Of a stretch of 27,573 nt of DNA, positions 1 to 11,980 are shown piece by piece; position 1 is the stretch's first letter, and every line of letters begins with the position of its first letter. Position numbers and translations under genes: made by a program. The notes below the pieces were generated by a model. It searched no databases and had not been told where the DNA came from. It was given only the letters and a program-made list of their open reading frames with translations. The DNA comes from Paraspadella gotoi (Eukaryota; Animalia; Chaetognatha). Where the stretch lies: assembly GCA_051294375.1 (NCBI GenBank), contig CM119268.1, positions 6,996,523 to 7,024,095 of the forward strand, in the 5' to 3' direction.

Positions 1-1948
1 CCGCAATGACTGCCTTATCACGAATATTTCTCGTGCCATGATATGCCATTACGTGACATGACATGCGCGAGCAGAAACTTAGATTTGATATTTTTTTCTG
101 TCTTAACAAATAACCAATCAGCAACTATAGGCAAATTATATTCATTTTTAATGTAAGTGGGACAGACCGACCGACAGACATACCAACGGACCGACAGACC
201 GTCCGAAAAGTGACTTATAGAGTTGNNNNNNNNNNNNNNNNNNNNNNNNNNNNNNNNNNNNNNNNNNNNNNNNNNNNNNNNNNNNNNNNNNNNNNNNNNN
301 NNNNNNNNNNNNNNNNNNNNNNNNNNNNNNNNNNNNNNNNNNNNNNNNNNNNNNNNNNNNNNNNNNNNNNNNNNNNNNNNNNNNNNNNNNNNNNNNNNNN
401 NNNNNNNNNNNNNNNNNNNNNNTATTAAATAAAGATAAAAAGAGTTTTGTAAAGATAAGGATTAACAAAGTTAACATTTATTTCTCAATGATCCATGAAG
501 GATAACTATTTTCGCATTTTAGTGGAAAAAAAAAAACCCTACGAAATTTAAATTATTATTTTTGTAAATTTCTGATCTTTCTTAAGAAACTGACTAATAA
601 TTAGCTTTTTCAATCTATTATCCCCGCTCCGTATTCGCATCAAGTCTTTGGCCTCATATAATCACTCGAGCGCCATGAGCCAATTTTTTTTTATCTTCGT
701 CCGTCTGCCTGAAAAAAAAAATCGGGCGAAAGAAGAAAAAAAAAGTGTTTTACTCTCGATTACTGATTCGCCCACCAGGAGTCGCGGCGAACGCAGCGCC
801 CTCGCCTCGCCCTCGAACCTCACCCCCCACGCCCACCACCGGCCGCTGCTTTGCCAAACTACATCGTCCGATCCATTATCCGAAACTTACCCCCAAAACT
901 CTCGACCCTGTCCTCACCTCGCGGGTGAGTGAGACGCGGTTGGNNNNNNNNNNNNNNNNNNNNNNNNNNNNNNNNNNNNNNNNNNNNNNNNNNNNNNNNN
1001 NNNNNNNNNNNNNNNNNNNNNNNNNNNNNNNNNNNNNNNNNNNNNNNNNNNNNNNNNNNNNNNNNNNNNNNNNNNNNNNNNNNNNNNNNNNNNNNNNNNN
1101 NNNNNNNNNNNNNNNNNNNNNNNNNNNNNNNNNNNNNNNNNNNNNNNNNNNNNNNNNCGGAACGGCGCGCTTTCTAACCAAGACGTCGGCGGCGACGACG
1201 ACAACGAAGATGACGACGATAACGACGAAGAAAACGACGACGACAAAAGAATTGCTACGATGGAAATATAGACGCGAACGGGATGAGATGAAATTACATA
1301 AGATGAGATGAGTTGAGATGAGATGAGATGAAACGAAATCGCAAGATGCAAGACGACGTAGAANNNNNNNNNNNNNNNNNNNNGAGAGAGAGAGAGAGAG
1401 AGAAACAAGGGGACGAAAGAAAAAAGCAAGCAAATGCCAAGCAAAGAGTCAGCAGGCTCGTCCGGACTTTTTTTGGAGCAAAAGATCAATCACTCTTTTC
1501 TCTGTGGGTGTCGTTGTACTTTGGTTCGTGTCTCCAAGTTTGACAAGTTTCGATGTTGAATCCAAATTCCCAAATTCCCGAATTTTTCCATTTCTTTTCT
1601 TTGTTTCAGGTTGAGAGTCTTTTGAAGAAGAAGCTTTACGTATTCGAGAGCACATGTGGTCTTGACGAAAAAATCGGATTCTTTTTCTTTCTTTTCAAGG
1701 AAAAAATAAACTAGGAAACAAAACTGTCTAGACTTCAGCGGCAGGTGTACATTTATCGAAATATATATGAATTTTTTTCTCAAAAAATCTTTTTTGAAAT
1801 CGTAAAAGTATTATGAAAAAAAATCTAGAAATACTAAATATTTTTTCTATTTATTTTTCTATTTTGGAGATGAAGAAAAACAAAATTCCATTTTTCTCTC
1901 TCGTCGAATTTTTTTTTGTTCCTTTCGATTGTGAGCATTCGCTTCCAG
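1..1948 (+). repeat. Copy A of a locally triplicated segment (matches 5115-7471)
   Basis: Colinear near-identity with 5115-7471 from 'ccgcaatg' to 'cattcgcttccag'; its three N-gaps fall where copy B has a hairpin, (GA)n or tandem repeats. Confidence 0.95.
779..924 (+). CDS. Candidate internal exon, frame and product unknown (noisy copy at about 5982-6136)
   Basis: Branch-like tactgat, CAG acceptor at 776-778, GC-rich 146 nt open in all three frames, GTGAGT donor at 925. No homology recognised. Confidence 0.25.
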
Positions 1949-2400
1949 NNNNNNNNNNNNNNNNNNNNNNNNNAGAGATATGTATGTATGTATATTGTCT
2001 ATAATTTTTTCTGCCTCTACTTCATCGCTCTTCGATCGCTCATGACTCATCTCACTCTCTCGTCTCTCTGTATTTTTATTCGATCATTCTACTGACATGA
2101 TTAAGACCCTGCGACCAACCGTATGAGAGAACTCGAATGCAGGGGGTTCATACCGCTAAGATAGGCATGGTCTGAGCTGAGACATGTTGGAATAACGGAA
2201 GTCGGCGTCGAGGAGCGAGAATTCGATGTGACGGATTTTGATTATCCTCGATTTTCTTCTTTACGGACTCGCGTATAACGCATGTAGATACGATGTGAGA
2301 GCGACGCAGTAAGAGCAGAAGCAGAGAGAGTATGTGAGTCAGAGTGAGGACCGTGAGAGTCGTAAGAGAGTAGCAGAGAAGACGAGAAGACGAGAAGATA

Positions 2401-2503
2401 TTACCTGACATTGTCTTTGCCCAGCACTTCTTACCTGACCTTAGTCTTTGCCCAGCACTTCCTTAAATGACCTATGGTCTTGCCAGCACTTCCTGTACCT
2501 GTA
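2401..2503. repeat. About 30-bp tandem repeat, about 3.3 copies
   Basis: Unit ttacctgacattgtctttgcccagcacttc at 2401, 2431 and 2463, partial at 2494. Confidence 0.85.
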
Positions 2504-2977
2504 CATCACCGAAAGTCGTCAACCTCAACGAAACGACAGTGTTGTCTCCTTACCACCAATCAGCCTCAGTATTTGACCTCACTTTCCTTACCATTAATCT
2601 TGAGGCGGCGTCTTCTGACTTCACAAAAATAGATTTCTGGGAAAAAGAGACACTGTGACCTGACGATGAGAAGGTGAGAGAAGGAAGGAGGAGGAGGAGA
2701 AAAAAGGAAGGCCAGGAGGAGGAAAGGAGGAAGGGAAGTCGAACAACGACGAGACGAGTAAAAGTGTAATTCTCACGATGCTGACATTTCATGCATGAGA
2801 CACATGACGAAGAGGATGACAAAACGAAGGAGAAAACGATACGTGGATGACAGATAGCATGAAGAATTTGATAATAAGGCAATAATGGTACAAGAACGAT
2901 TTGACGTCAAAAGTCAAAAGTTCTATGCGGATTGTTTTATTCTGGTAGTTGTTATTAAGGAAAGAGATTACATACTA

Positions 2978-3044
2978 GCGAGAGGGGAGTGAGAGAGAGA
3001 GATAGAGAGAGAGAGATAGAGAGAGAGAGATAGAGAGAGAAGAT

Positions 3045-3083
<39 letters not shown>

Positions 3084-3232
3084 CATAACAAGGCAGTTCG
3101 ATTTATTTGATGGAGCGAAGGCCGGTCGAAAGGAAGCAAGGCGACAAGAGTTAAAATATTATGGGGGAAAAAGAGAGAAGAGAAGAGAAAGAAGGGAGAG
3201 AGAGCAGAGAGAGAGAGAGAGAGAGAGAGAGG
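2978..3232. repeat. Imperfect (GA)n microsatellite cluster
   Basis: Direct reading. Confidence 0.9.
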
Positions 3233-3989
3233 CAGTAAAAAATAGAGAAAAACGAGAAGAGGCATAAAAATTGGTGAAAAGTATAAAATATATTTCGGAT
3301 GAGAAGGTTAAGCAAATAGACGAGCTTTTTCTTGTATTTCACGAGGTCGAAGAAAGAGATATTGGAGAAAATTAAGAAGGGGGAGTACTGGAGGTCAAAA
3401 TTATACAGCTTTTTAAACGTAATGAAGAATAATTATAAATTCTCATTCTGAGAGAAATTTTATCTTTTAATTATTTAATCAATTTCAATCCTGTCTCTTC
3501 AAAATATTTTCACGCCCTGAAACCGCTACAGAAATTATCGATAAACCGATATTCTTAGGAGAAACTTTTTACAGAAACAAAAGAGAGGTAATTAAGAAAT
3601 ATTATCATTTTTATTTAAAATTTGTCGCTTGGTTTTAAGAATGCTATTCTCATTCCTTTTAAATTTAAATCATGCAAATTTCTGTTTTTTTTTTCATTCT
3701 TACTTTATTTCCGCCCATCCGCTTTATTTGCTTTTATATCTTTATTTTTTTTTATCTCTTCTCTTCCCTTACTTTTCATTTCTTTCTTTCTCTTGATATT
3801 TTCCTTTTTTTTTCTTTCTAATTATTTATTATTTTTCATTCTTCCCTGAACTTAATATTTTCCCTTTTTGCCACCATTCTTTTCCTTTGCGGCCACGTCG
3901 ACTTTGACTTCAGTTCATATTCGAGTCTTACGTTTACGCTGATTAAATACTCGACAACGAAAAAACAGAAAGAAACAGAGTGAGAGTTT

Positions 3990-3992
<3 letters not shown>

Positions 3993-4046
<54 letters not shown>

Positions 4047-4307
4047 AGAGAGAGGGAGAAGAGATAGAGAGAGAGGGAGGAGAGAGAGTGAGAAGGAGAG
4101 TGAGAGGACAGAAAAGTGTCAAAGAAGGGAAGAGAGTGAGTGCACAGTGTCAACGAGAGAAAGGTCTAAGAGTCAGAGACTAACCCACGCTTTTTTTGAC
4201 CTGTGACTCTAGAAACGCCTTTATTAAGGCGAAGTGGCACAACCCTTTCCTACGCCCTAATCGTCTCCTATTAAACTTTTAACGCCCTCTCTTCTCTCTC
4301 TCTACCT

Positions 4308-4349
<42 letters not shown>

Positions 4350-4357
4350 CTCATCTC
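3993..4357. repeat. (GA)n tract followed by a (CT)n tract
   Basis: (GA)n about 3993-4090, (CT)n about 4287-4357. Confidence 0.9.
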
Positions 4358-4703
4358 TTCCCCCCGCCCACGATCGAACCCTCTATATCTCTTTACCTTT
4401 TATTCACGATCCTTTTTTTTTACAGCGGGACATCGATTTTTTCACGTTAGTCTCGTCAAACGCCGCCAACCGCGGGTCGTTATAAAACGCGCGACCAGAA
4501 CGGTCGGTTTTTCAATGCGAACTCGTCATTAATTTCTGTACTCTGCTATGAACCGTCCTCATTTTTCGGCGGCTCTTCATCAAAATTTTGTCGTTCATTT
4601 ATCATTTCGTATAATTAAATAAACCATTGTCTCCCGGTATTCGCAATTTGTTAAAACAGCTTTTCGTGGTTTCCTAACGTCATTATCGCTTCGATAATCG
4701 CCA

Positions 4704-4820
4704 CGCCACAACGCGTGACCACTTCCCACAGTACAATCCTCCCAGCAACCATCACCAAATAACCCAAACACAATCGCCACAACCGTGACCACTTCCCAGT
4801 CATCTCCCACAACCATGCAT
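4704..4820. repeat. Two imperfect direct copies of an about 48-bp unit
   Basis: cgccacaac(g)cgtgaccacttccca(c)agt...ctccca(g)caaccat at about 4704 and 4775. Confidence 0.7.
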
Positions 4821-5280
4821 CGTAAACGGCCTAAACCACAACCACAAACTTCTTTCCACACCGTTTTAAAACATTCTTACGAAAAGAATGACTTTTGAGT
4901 TGATTGCGGTTTTCAAACCGTGAAAATGTTTTGAAGGCATCTCCAGTTGAAGGCATCAGTGCGAAGGACGAAACAACTCGAGAGTCCGTGAGAGGTTTTC
5001 ATGAGAGAAAGAAAAAAAAGACTAAACTTTTTTTCCTTCTTTTTTCAGTTTTTCAAAACTTAGTGGATGAATTTTGTTTAAAAAACAAGAACGGTAAATT
5101 CAAATGCGTTGGCGCCGCAATGCTTGCCCTTATCACGAATATTTCTCGTCATGATATGCCAATTACGTGACATGACATTGCGCGAGCAGAAACTTAGATT
5201 TGAATATTTTTTTCCTGATCCAATAACAAAAATAACCAATCAGGCAACTATAGCAAATTATATTCATTTTTAATGTAAGT

Positions 5281-5381
5281 GGGAACCAGACCGACCGACA
5301 GACATACCAAACGGACCGACAGACCGTCCGAAAAGTGACTTATAGAGTTGCTCCGCGAGTAACTCGCGGCGCAACTAAAAA
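5281..5381 (+). mobile_element. End of a non-autonomous Helentron/HINE (DINE-1-like) element; partial copy at 159-225
   Basis: (GACC/GACA)n-like tetramer array, then 'aaaagtgacttatag', then GC-rich hairpin agttgc-t-ccgcgag-taa-ctcgcgg-c-gcaact (5346-5376), then an A-run. Family is inferred from this architecture only. Confidence 0.6.
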
Positions 5382-6161
5382 GAAGAAGAAGAACGTGCCT
5401 GTGAGAGAAGCGTCTTAGGTCGAGAGGCATTAAATTTTCAAAGGCCCTTTAGTTTCGTGCCGATTGGCATCTTGTTCGATTAAAAAGGGAGGAGGGGAGG
5501 GAGACAGAGAGGAGGGAGAGAAAGGGAAAGAAGAGGGAGACAGAAAAAAGGGGAGACAGGGTCGAGGGGGGGCAGAGACGAAGGGCGTTTAGACAGAGAA
5601 GAATATATTAATAAAGATAGAAAAGAAGTGTTTGTAAAAGATAAGGATTATAAACAAAGTTACAATTTATTTCTCAATGATCCATGAAGGATACACTATT
5701 TTCGCATTTTAGTGGAAAAAAAAAAAACCCTACGAAATTTAAAATTATTATTTTTGGTAAAAATTTCTGATCTTTCTTAAGAACTGACTAATAATTAGCT
5801 TTTTCAATCTTATTATCCCCGCTCCGTATTCGCATCAAAGTCTTTGGCCTCATATAATCACTCGAGCGCCATGAGCGCAATTTTTTTTAATCTTCGTCCC
5901 GTCTGCCTGAAAAAAAAAAATCGGGCGAAAAAGAAGAAAAAAAAGTGTTTTAACATCTCGATTACTGATTCGCCACCTCAGGAGTCGCGGCGAACGCAGC
6001 GCCCTCGCCTCGCCCTCGAACCTCACCCCCCACAGCACCAACTGCGGCCGCTGCTTTTGCCAAAACTACATTCGTCCGATTTCCATTATTCCGAAACTTA
6101 CCGTCCCAAAAATCTCGACCTGTCCTCACCTCGCGGGTGAGTGAGACGCGGTTGGAAGGGA

Positions 6162-6238
<77 letters not shown>

Positions 6239-6569
6239 CTAAAGAAAAGCAAAAGGCCGACGACCTTCGGAAACGGCCGCGCTTTCTAAAACCAAGACGT
6301 CGGCGGCGACGCACGACAACGGAAGATACGACGATAACGACGAGAAAATTCGACGAGACAAAAGAATTGCTACGATGGAAATATAACGCGAACGGGATGA
6401 GAGAAATTACAATAAGATGAGATGAGTTGAGATGAGATGAGATGAACGAAATCGCAAGATGGAAGACGACGAGAAAAAGAGAAGTAAGAGAAAGATGTTC
6501 CAGATTGATCTTGAAAGACAATGACGAGGACAAAGCCTAGACTAAGGATAAAACGAGGACGTGGTATAG

Positions 6570-6760
6570 GACAAGGACGAGGAAGAACAAGGACGAGGAG
6601 GAAAGGACGAAGGAAGACAAGGACGAGGAAGACAAGGACGAGGAAGACAAAGAAAGAGGAAGACAAGGACGAGAAGACAAGGACGAAGGAAGACAAGGAC
6701 GAGGAAGACAAGGACGAGGAAGACAAGGACGAGGAAGACAAGGACGAGGAAGACAAGGAT
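6570..6760. repeat. 15-bp tandem repeat (gacaaggacgaggaa), about 12 copies
   Basis: Direct reading; produces the DKDEE and TRTRK ORF patterns. Confidence 0.92.
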
Positions 6761-6856
6761 GTCCTCGAATTGAAAACGGGATTTAGATTAGAGGAAGATC
6801 GAATAAACAGGAGAAGAGACTGAAGAAACGCCTAATGAAGAAAGGGATGAGAGGAG

Positions 6857-6915
<59 letters not shown>

Positions 6916-7522
6916 TAGAGAGAGAGAGAGAGAGGGAGAGAGAAACAGAGGGGAGGAAAGACAAAAGGCAAGCAAATGCCAAGCCAAAGAGTCAGCAGAC
7001 TCGTCTCTGTGGGTGAATGTTTGTACTTAGGTTCGTGTCTCCAAGTTTGACAAAGTTCGATGTGAATCCAATTCCCAAATTCCAGAATTTTCCCATTTCT
7101 TTTCTTTGTTCAGGTTGAGAGTCTTTTGAAGAGAAGCTTTAACGCATTCGAGAGCACATGTGGGTCTTGAAACGAAAAAACCGGCTTTTTTTTCTTTCTT
7201 TTCAATGGGAAAAAATAAACTAGGAAACCAAAATTGTCTAGACCTTCAATGGCAGGTGTACATTTATCGAAATATACATGAATTTTTTTCTCAAAAATTC
7301 TTTTTTTGAATCGTTAAAAGTATTATGAAAAAAAATCTGAAAATACTAAATATTTTTTTTATTTCTTTTTCTATTTTGGAGATAGAAGGAAAAAACAAAA
7401 TTCCATTTTTTGCTCTCTCGTCGAATTTTTTTTTTTGTTCCTTTTGCGGATTGTGAGGCATTCGCTTCCAGAGAGTAATTTTCCTTATGAAAATACATTT
7501 CCGAAAAATCGGTAAGAATGAG

Positions 7523-7740
7523 AAAGGAAAGGAAAGGAAAGGAAAGGAAAAGGAAAGGAAAGGAAAGGAAAGGAAAGGAAAGGAAAGGAAAGGAAAGGAA
7601 AGGAAAGGAAAGGAAAGGAAAAGAAAAGAAAAGAAAAGAAAAGAAAAGAAAAAGAAAAGAAAAGAAATAAAATAAAATAAAATAAATAAATAAAATAAAA
7701 GTAAAGAAAAGAAAAGAAAAGAAAAGAAAAGAAAAGAAAA
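7523..7740. repeat. Compound pentanucleotide microsatellite (AAAGG)n-(AAAAG)n-(AAAAT)n-(AAAAG)n
   Basis: Direct reading; degraded equivalent at about 9745-10030. Confidence 0.95.
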
Positions 7741-8529
7741 GTATAATTACAAATTGAGAAACGATGAGAGAGCAAGAAATCATAGTGAAGTAAAAATTCG
7801 TAAAACAGGAGATGCTAAGAAAATAGAGAAGAGTAACAAAAACTCAGAAAAAATCAGAAATTATATCTACAAATATTTTCATCAGTTTTTAAATAAATAT
7901 AATTCACTTATGCTTTTAAATTTTAAATTTCCAAAAAATGAACAAATAGAAACGCGTATTTATTCTATTCACATAGACGTACTCTCCAGACGGGTCGAAA
8001 ATTAACTTAAAAGTCTGGGCTTGACGTCGCGAACAAAAAAAAAAGATAAAAAACAAATTTAAATTTTCATCGACTTTGGAAAGTAGAAAAAAAGAATTCA
8101 AAACTAATTAATTAAAATTAACCAAATAGAGAAAAACAAAATTTTCAAATTTGTCTCCAATTTCTTTTTTTTTTTTTTTGAATAAAAACTCGAGAGATCG
8201 AATGTCTAATTCGGATTCGGTTTTATCTTTCTCGCTCTGGGAAAAATTGGATTAAAATTTCCTAATTTAGTTGTAACAGTATCTTCTTTGGTATAAGTTT
8301 GAAAAATAAAAAAAATAAAAAAAAGAAAAAAAGAAAAGTGGGTGATTTCGTTGATTTAATTATATATACATATATATATATATATTTTACAAATTGCGTC
8401 AGTAACTTTAAGTTGCCCAGATTTTTACTAACAATACCGTCCGTCAACTCTAACGAATGGAGTCTCCATCCTCTCATAACGAAAACGAAAAAGAAAACAT
8501 AAAANNNNNNNNNNNNNNNNNNNNNNNNN

Positions 8530-10806
8530 GAGGACATGGTCATTTATTTAAAGGACAAAGGACGGGAGGAAAGAGCTCTAAGGACGAGGAAAGACTTAAC
8601 GGCACCCTTTTAGACAAGGACTGAGAAAGACCGCTAAGGAATATTGCGAAGACCAAGGAACCCGAGGGTAGGACAAAAAGGACGAGGAGAGACAAGGACC
8701 GACGGACATAAGACATAAGGACCCGTGGAACGACAAGGACACGATTTCAAGGCACGGGAAAGACGAAGGACGCGTAGTTATCGTCTCGAATCTTGGAAAC
8801 GGGATTATATTTATATGAGGAAGATCGTAAACAGGAGGAAAGAGACTGAAAGAACCGCTAATTGCAAGAAAGGGAGAGAGATGAGAACGGACGAGAAGGA
8901 GAGAGAGAGAGAGAAGATGAAGATGAGATGAGTAACGCAGATACGACGAGGAGGAGAAGAGGGGGAACAGAGAGGAGAACGAGACGAGGAGAAAAGAGAA
9001 CAATCTGCGGAACGAAAGAAAAAAGCAATGCAAATTGCCGCAAGCAAAGTTTAAGTCAGCATGGCTCGTCTCGGACTTATTTTTGGAGCAAAGATCAATC
9101 ACCTCCTTTTTCTCTATCATACTCTGTGCCGGGGGATCTCCGATAGCTATGTCGTAGTGTACTTTGGGTTTCGTCGTCTTTTTCCAAGTTGACCAAGCTT
9201 TTCGACTGTTGAAGATCCAAAATCTTCCCATACCACAATTCCCTCCCAGAATGCTTTGTCCCATTTCTTTTCTTGTGTTCGGGTTAGAGATTGGTCTTTT
9301 GAAGTCCAAGCAAGCTTTACGTATTCCGGCATGAGCCACATGGTGGTGTCTGTAGACGAAAAAATCGCGCAGTCTTTTTTTTTCTTTACTTTTCAACTCG
9401 GGCAAAAAATAAACTATCGGAAACAAAACTTGATCTAGACCTTCATGCGGGCAGTGTTGTACATTTATCGAAAACTATACATGAATTTTTTTCTCAAAAA
9501 TTCTTTTTTTGAAATTTCCGTTGAAAAGTACTTATGAAAAAAAAATCTGAAAATACTAAATATTTTTTTCTATATTTTTTTCTATTTTGGAGATAGAAGG
9601 AAAAAAACAAAATTCCATTTTTTCTCCTCGTCGTCTAATTTTTTTTTTGTTCCTTTTGCGATCTGTGAGGCATTCCGCTTCCAGAGAGTAATTTTCCTTA
9701 TGCCAAAACTAGCATTTCCGGAAAACATGCGGTAAGAATGAGAAAGGCAAAGGGAAAGGAAAGACAGAAAGGGGAGAAAGGAGGAAAGGAAAGGAAAGGA
9801 AGAAAGAGAAAGGAAAAGAAAAGATAAAGCAAAAAATGAAAAGAAAAGAAAAAGAAAAGAAAAGAATCAAAATAAATAAAATAATATAATAAAAGTCGAA
9901 CCAAGAAAAGAAAAGAAAATGAAATTAAAATAAAATATAATTGACATAAAGAACGATAGACAATAAAAAAATACAAGAATATAAACTAAAATCAAGAATC
10001 TAAAAAGAAATAGAGAAATCAAAAGAAAAAACAGGATTATATAAAGCGTATTCACATTTTTATACAATCGAAATAACAGATTATGGGCAAGTACTGTATT
10101 TGCGTAAAATCGGGTTTTATAGAAGATTAGAAATCCGGACCAAAAAACTAGAAATCGAAATATACTACAAAATTTCGTTTTAATAACTCACGCTTAATTT
10201 AATTCCAATGGAATGAAGCGATATATTTCATATTCAACATAGACAGTACTTTCCAGACGGGTCCGAAAATTAACTTAAAATGATCTGTGGGCTTGATCGT
10301 CGCGAACAAAAAAAAAACAATAAAAAACAAATTTTAAATTTCTTCATCGACTTGGAAAGTAGAAAAAAGAAATTCAAAAACTAATTAATTAAAATTAACA
10401 AATCGAGAAAAACAAATTTTTATCAAAGTTTAGTCTCCAATTTTCTTTCTTATTTTTTTGTAAAAATTGAAGATACGAATGTCTAATCGGTATTCGTTTT
10501 TTATCTTTTCTCGCTCTCTGGTGAAAATTGATTAAAATTTCCTAATTTAGTTTTACAGTATCTTCTTTTTGTATAGTTTTGCAAAATAATAATAAAAATA
10601 AAAAGAAAAAAGAAAAAAAAAAGTGGTGTTGACTTTCGTTGATTTAATTTATATATACATATATATAATATATTTTTACCAAATTGCGTCAGTACACTTA
10701 TATAGTGCCATGATTTTTACTAACACAATACCGTCCGTCAACTCTAAACGATCAATGGAGTCTTCATTCCTGCTCCATAACGCAAAACGAAAACAGAAAA
10801 CATAAA
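8530..10806 (+). repeat. Copy C, a highly noisy duplicate of about 6555-8503
   Basis: Same landmark order (15-bp repeat, GA tract, 'agagagtaattttccttatg', AAAGG tract, 'ataccgtccgtcaactctaa', 'gaaaacataaaa') with dense insertions; begins right after a 26-N gap. Confidence 0.92.
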
Positions 10807-10855
10807 AAAAAAAAAAAAAACTCTGCCATTCGCTACCTCTTTTTAAAAATCTCAC

Positions 10856-11741
10856 CGCTTAGCGAAGACGGTATCCACACGCTTGGCGACAAAGGGCAGG
10901 GCGCCGACAACTCGTATAGTCGCTCTCTCCACCCATGCCAAAAAGAAACGAAAAAAAAAACCTATCGTTCGCTGTTCTCTCGATTTTTTACTTTTGCTCC
11001 AGTACCACCACGCTTGTCTGGACGGGGGGACGGGGGTGACCTGTGGGGCGGTGGGTTCAGTAGATAGACGATCGAAGGTTGGAACAGACTTAAATGCGAA
11101 TGGAATATTAACTTGTTTTTTAGGCCCGATAGTTCCATACCGCCAGGTCCACGTCTGGCTGGGAGGTTTGCGCTTTGGCGAGCCGCTACGGGGGCGGAGG
11201 GGAGGGCTGGGTTCATAGAACCGAGAAAAAATGGCGCGTTCTGTATATTTTCTGTCTCTGCATCGAGCCTGCTTCGATCAAGAACGTTTCTGGAGGCGTT
11301 GGGGGGGGGAAGCGAACCCGAGAACCTTTTTTCGATTTTTCATCCGACATTTCATTCGGTTTTTCGTGATCCTTCGACTCGCTTTCGATGCGACCAGCAC
11401 GATCTTCAGAAGGTGGAGGATTTCTTCGGCGAGGAGGCGGATTGAGTTGGGGGTGGGAAATGGCAGAGTCGATGAAAGCTGGCGATGACGAGTGGTATTT
11501 GAATATGAGTTTGGGCGAAGATGAGCCAAGTGGTAGAGTGGCTGAGTGACGAATGTGCGGCAAAGCTCCACGAAATAACATGTGTTGGTGGGGGTGGGCC
11601 GTTTGATGAAGTGGGCCCTAGTTTAGCGTTAGGCGGGTGCCCGTGGCCAGAAGAACGAGGGAAAAGAGGGGCGTTTAGGGGGGATGGTAAGGATCTGTGA
11701 CTGGTCGATGTTTCCTTACAATACTCAGTTTTTTTCTTCAT
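10856..11741 (-). CDS. Possible frameshifted Pro/Ser-rich coding exon(s), product unknown
   Basis: GC-rich, non-repetitive island with overlapping minus-strand open frames (e.g. NPPPRRRNPPPSEDRAGRIESESKDHEKPNEMSDEKSKKGSRVRFPPPTPPE) and a GTGAGA donor at 10855; no single uninterrupted frame. Confidence 0.25.
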
Positions 11742-11931
11742 TTTAAATTCTATCTAAATTATGCTCTATTTTTTTTCATCAGCTTAAGTCATTTTTTTTA
11801 ATATTTTTTTTTTTGTCACATTTTGTTTCCGTTTTTCTTTTTTTAGTTATTGAGAGAAAAATTGAAAACCACTTGGTTACTGACAAAGAGTTCCTGTCGC
11901 GCCGGTTATTCATAGAAACCCTTGCTCTCTC

Positions 11932-11980
<49 letters not shown>

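Larger units (their letters stand above)
5115..8503 (+). repeat. Copy B of the triplicated segment (gap-free, moderate indel noise)
   Basis: 5115-7471 aligns by eye to 1-1948 and about 6555-8503 aligns to 8530-10806; differences are mostly single-base insertions. Confidence 0.95.

Noticed and set aside
3993-4357. Apparent inverted repeat or MITE formed by (GA)n and (CT)n
   Set aside because: The complementarity comes only from abundant microsatellites; there is no unique TIR or TSD.
6521-6823. Basic then acidic ORF (TRTRK/EEDKD)
   Set aside because: It is the product of a 15-bp tandem repeat with an internal frame slip, and has no splice or homology support.
8596-9426. Longest ORF (276 aa, minus strand)
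   Set aside because: It lies in the noisiest duplicate, and the frame is not preserved in copies A or B.
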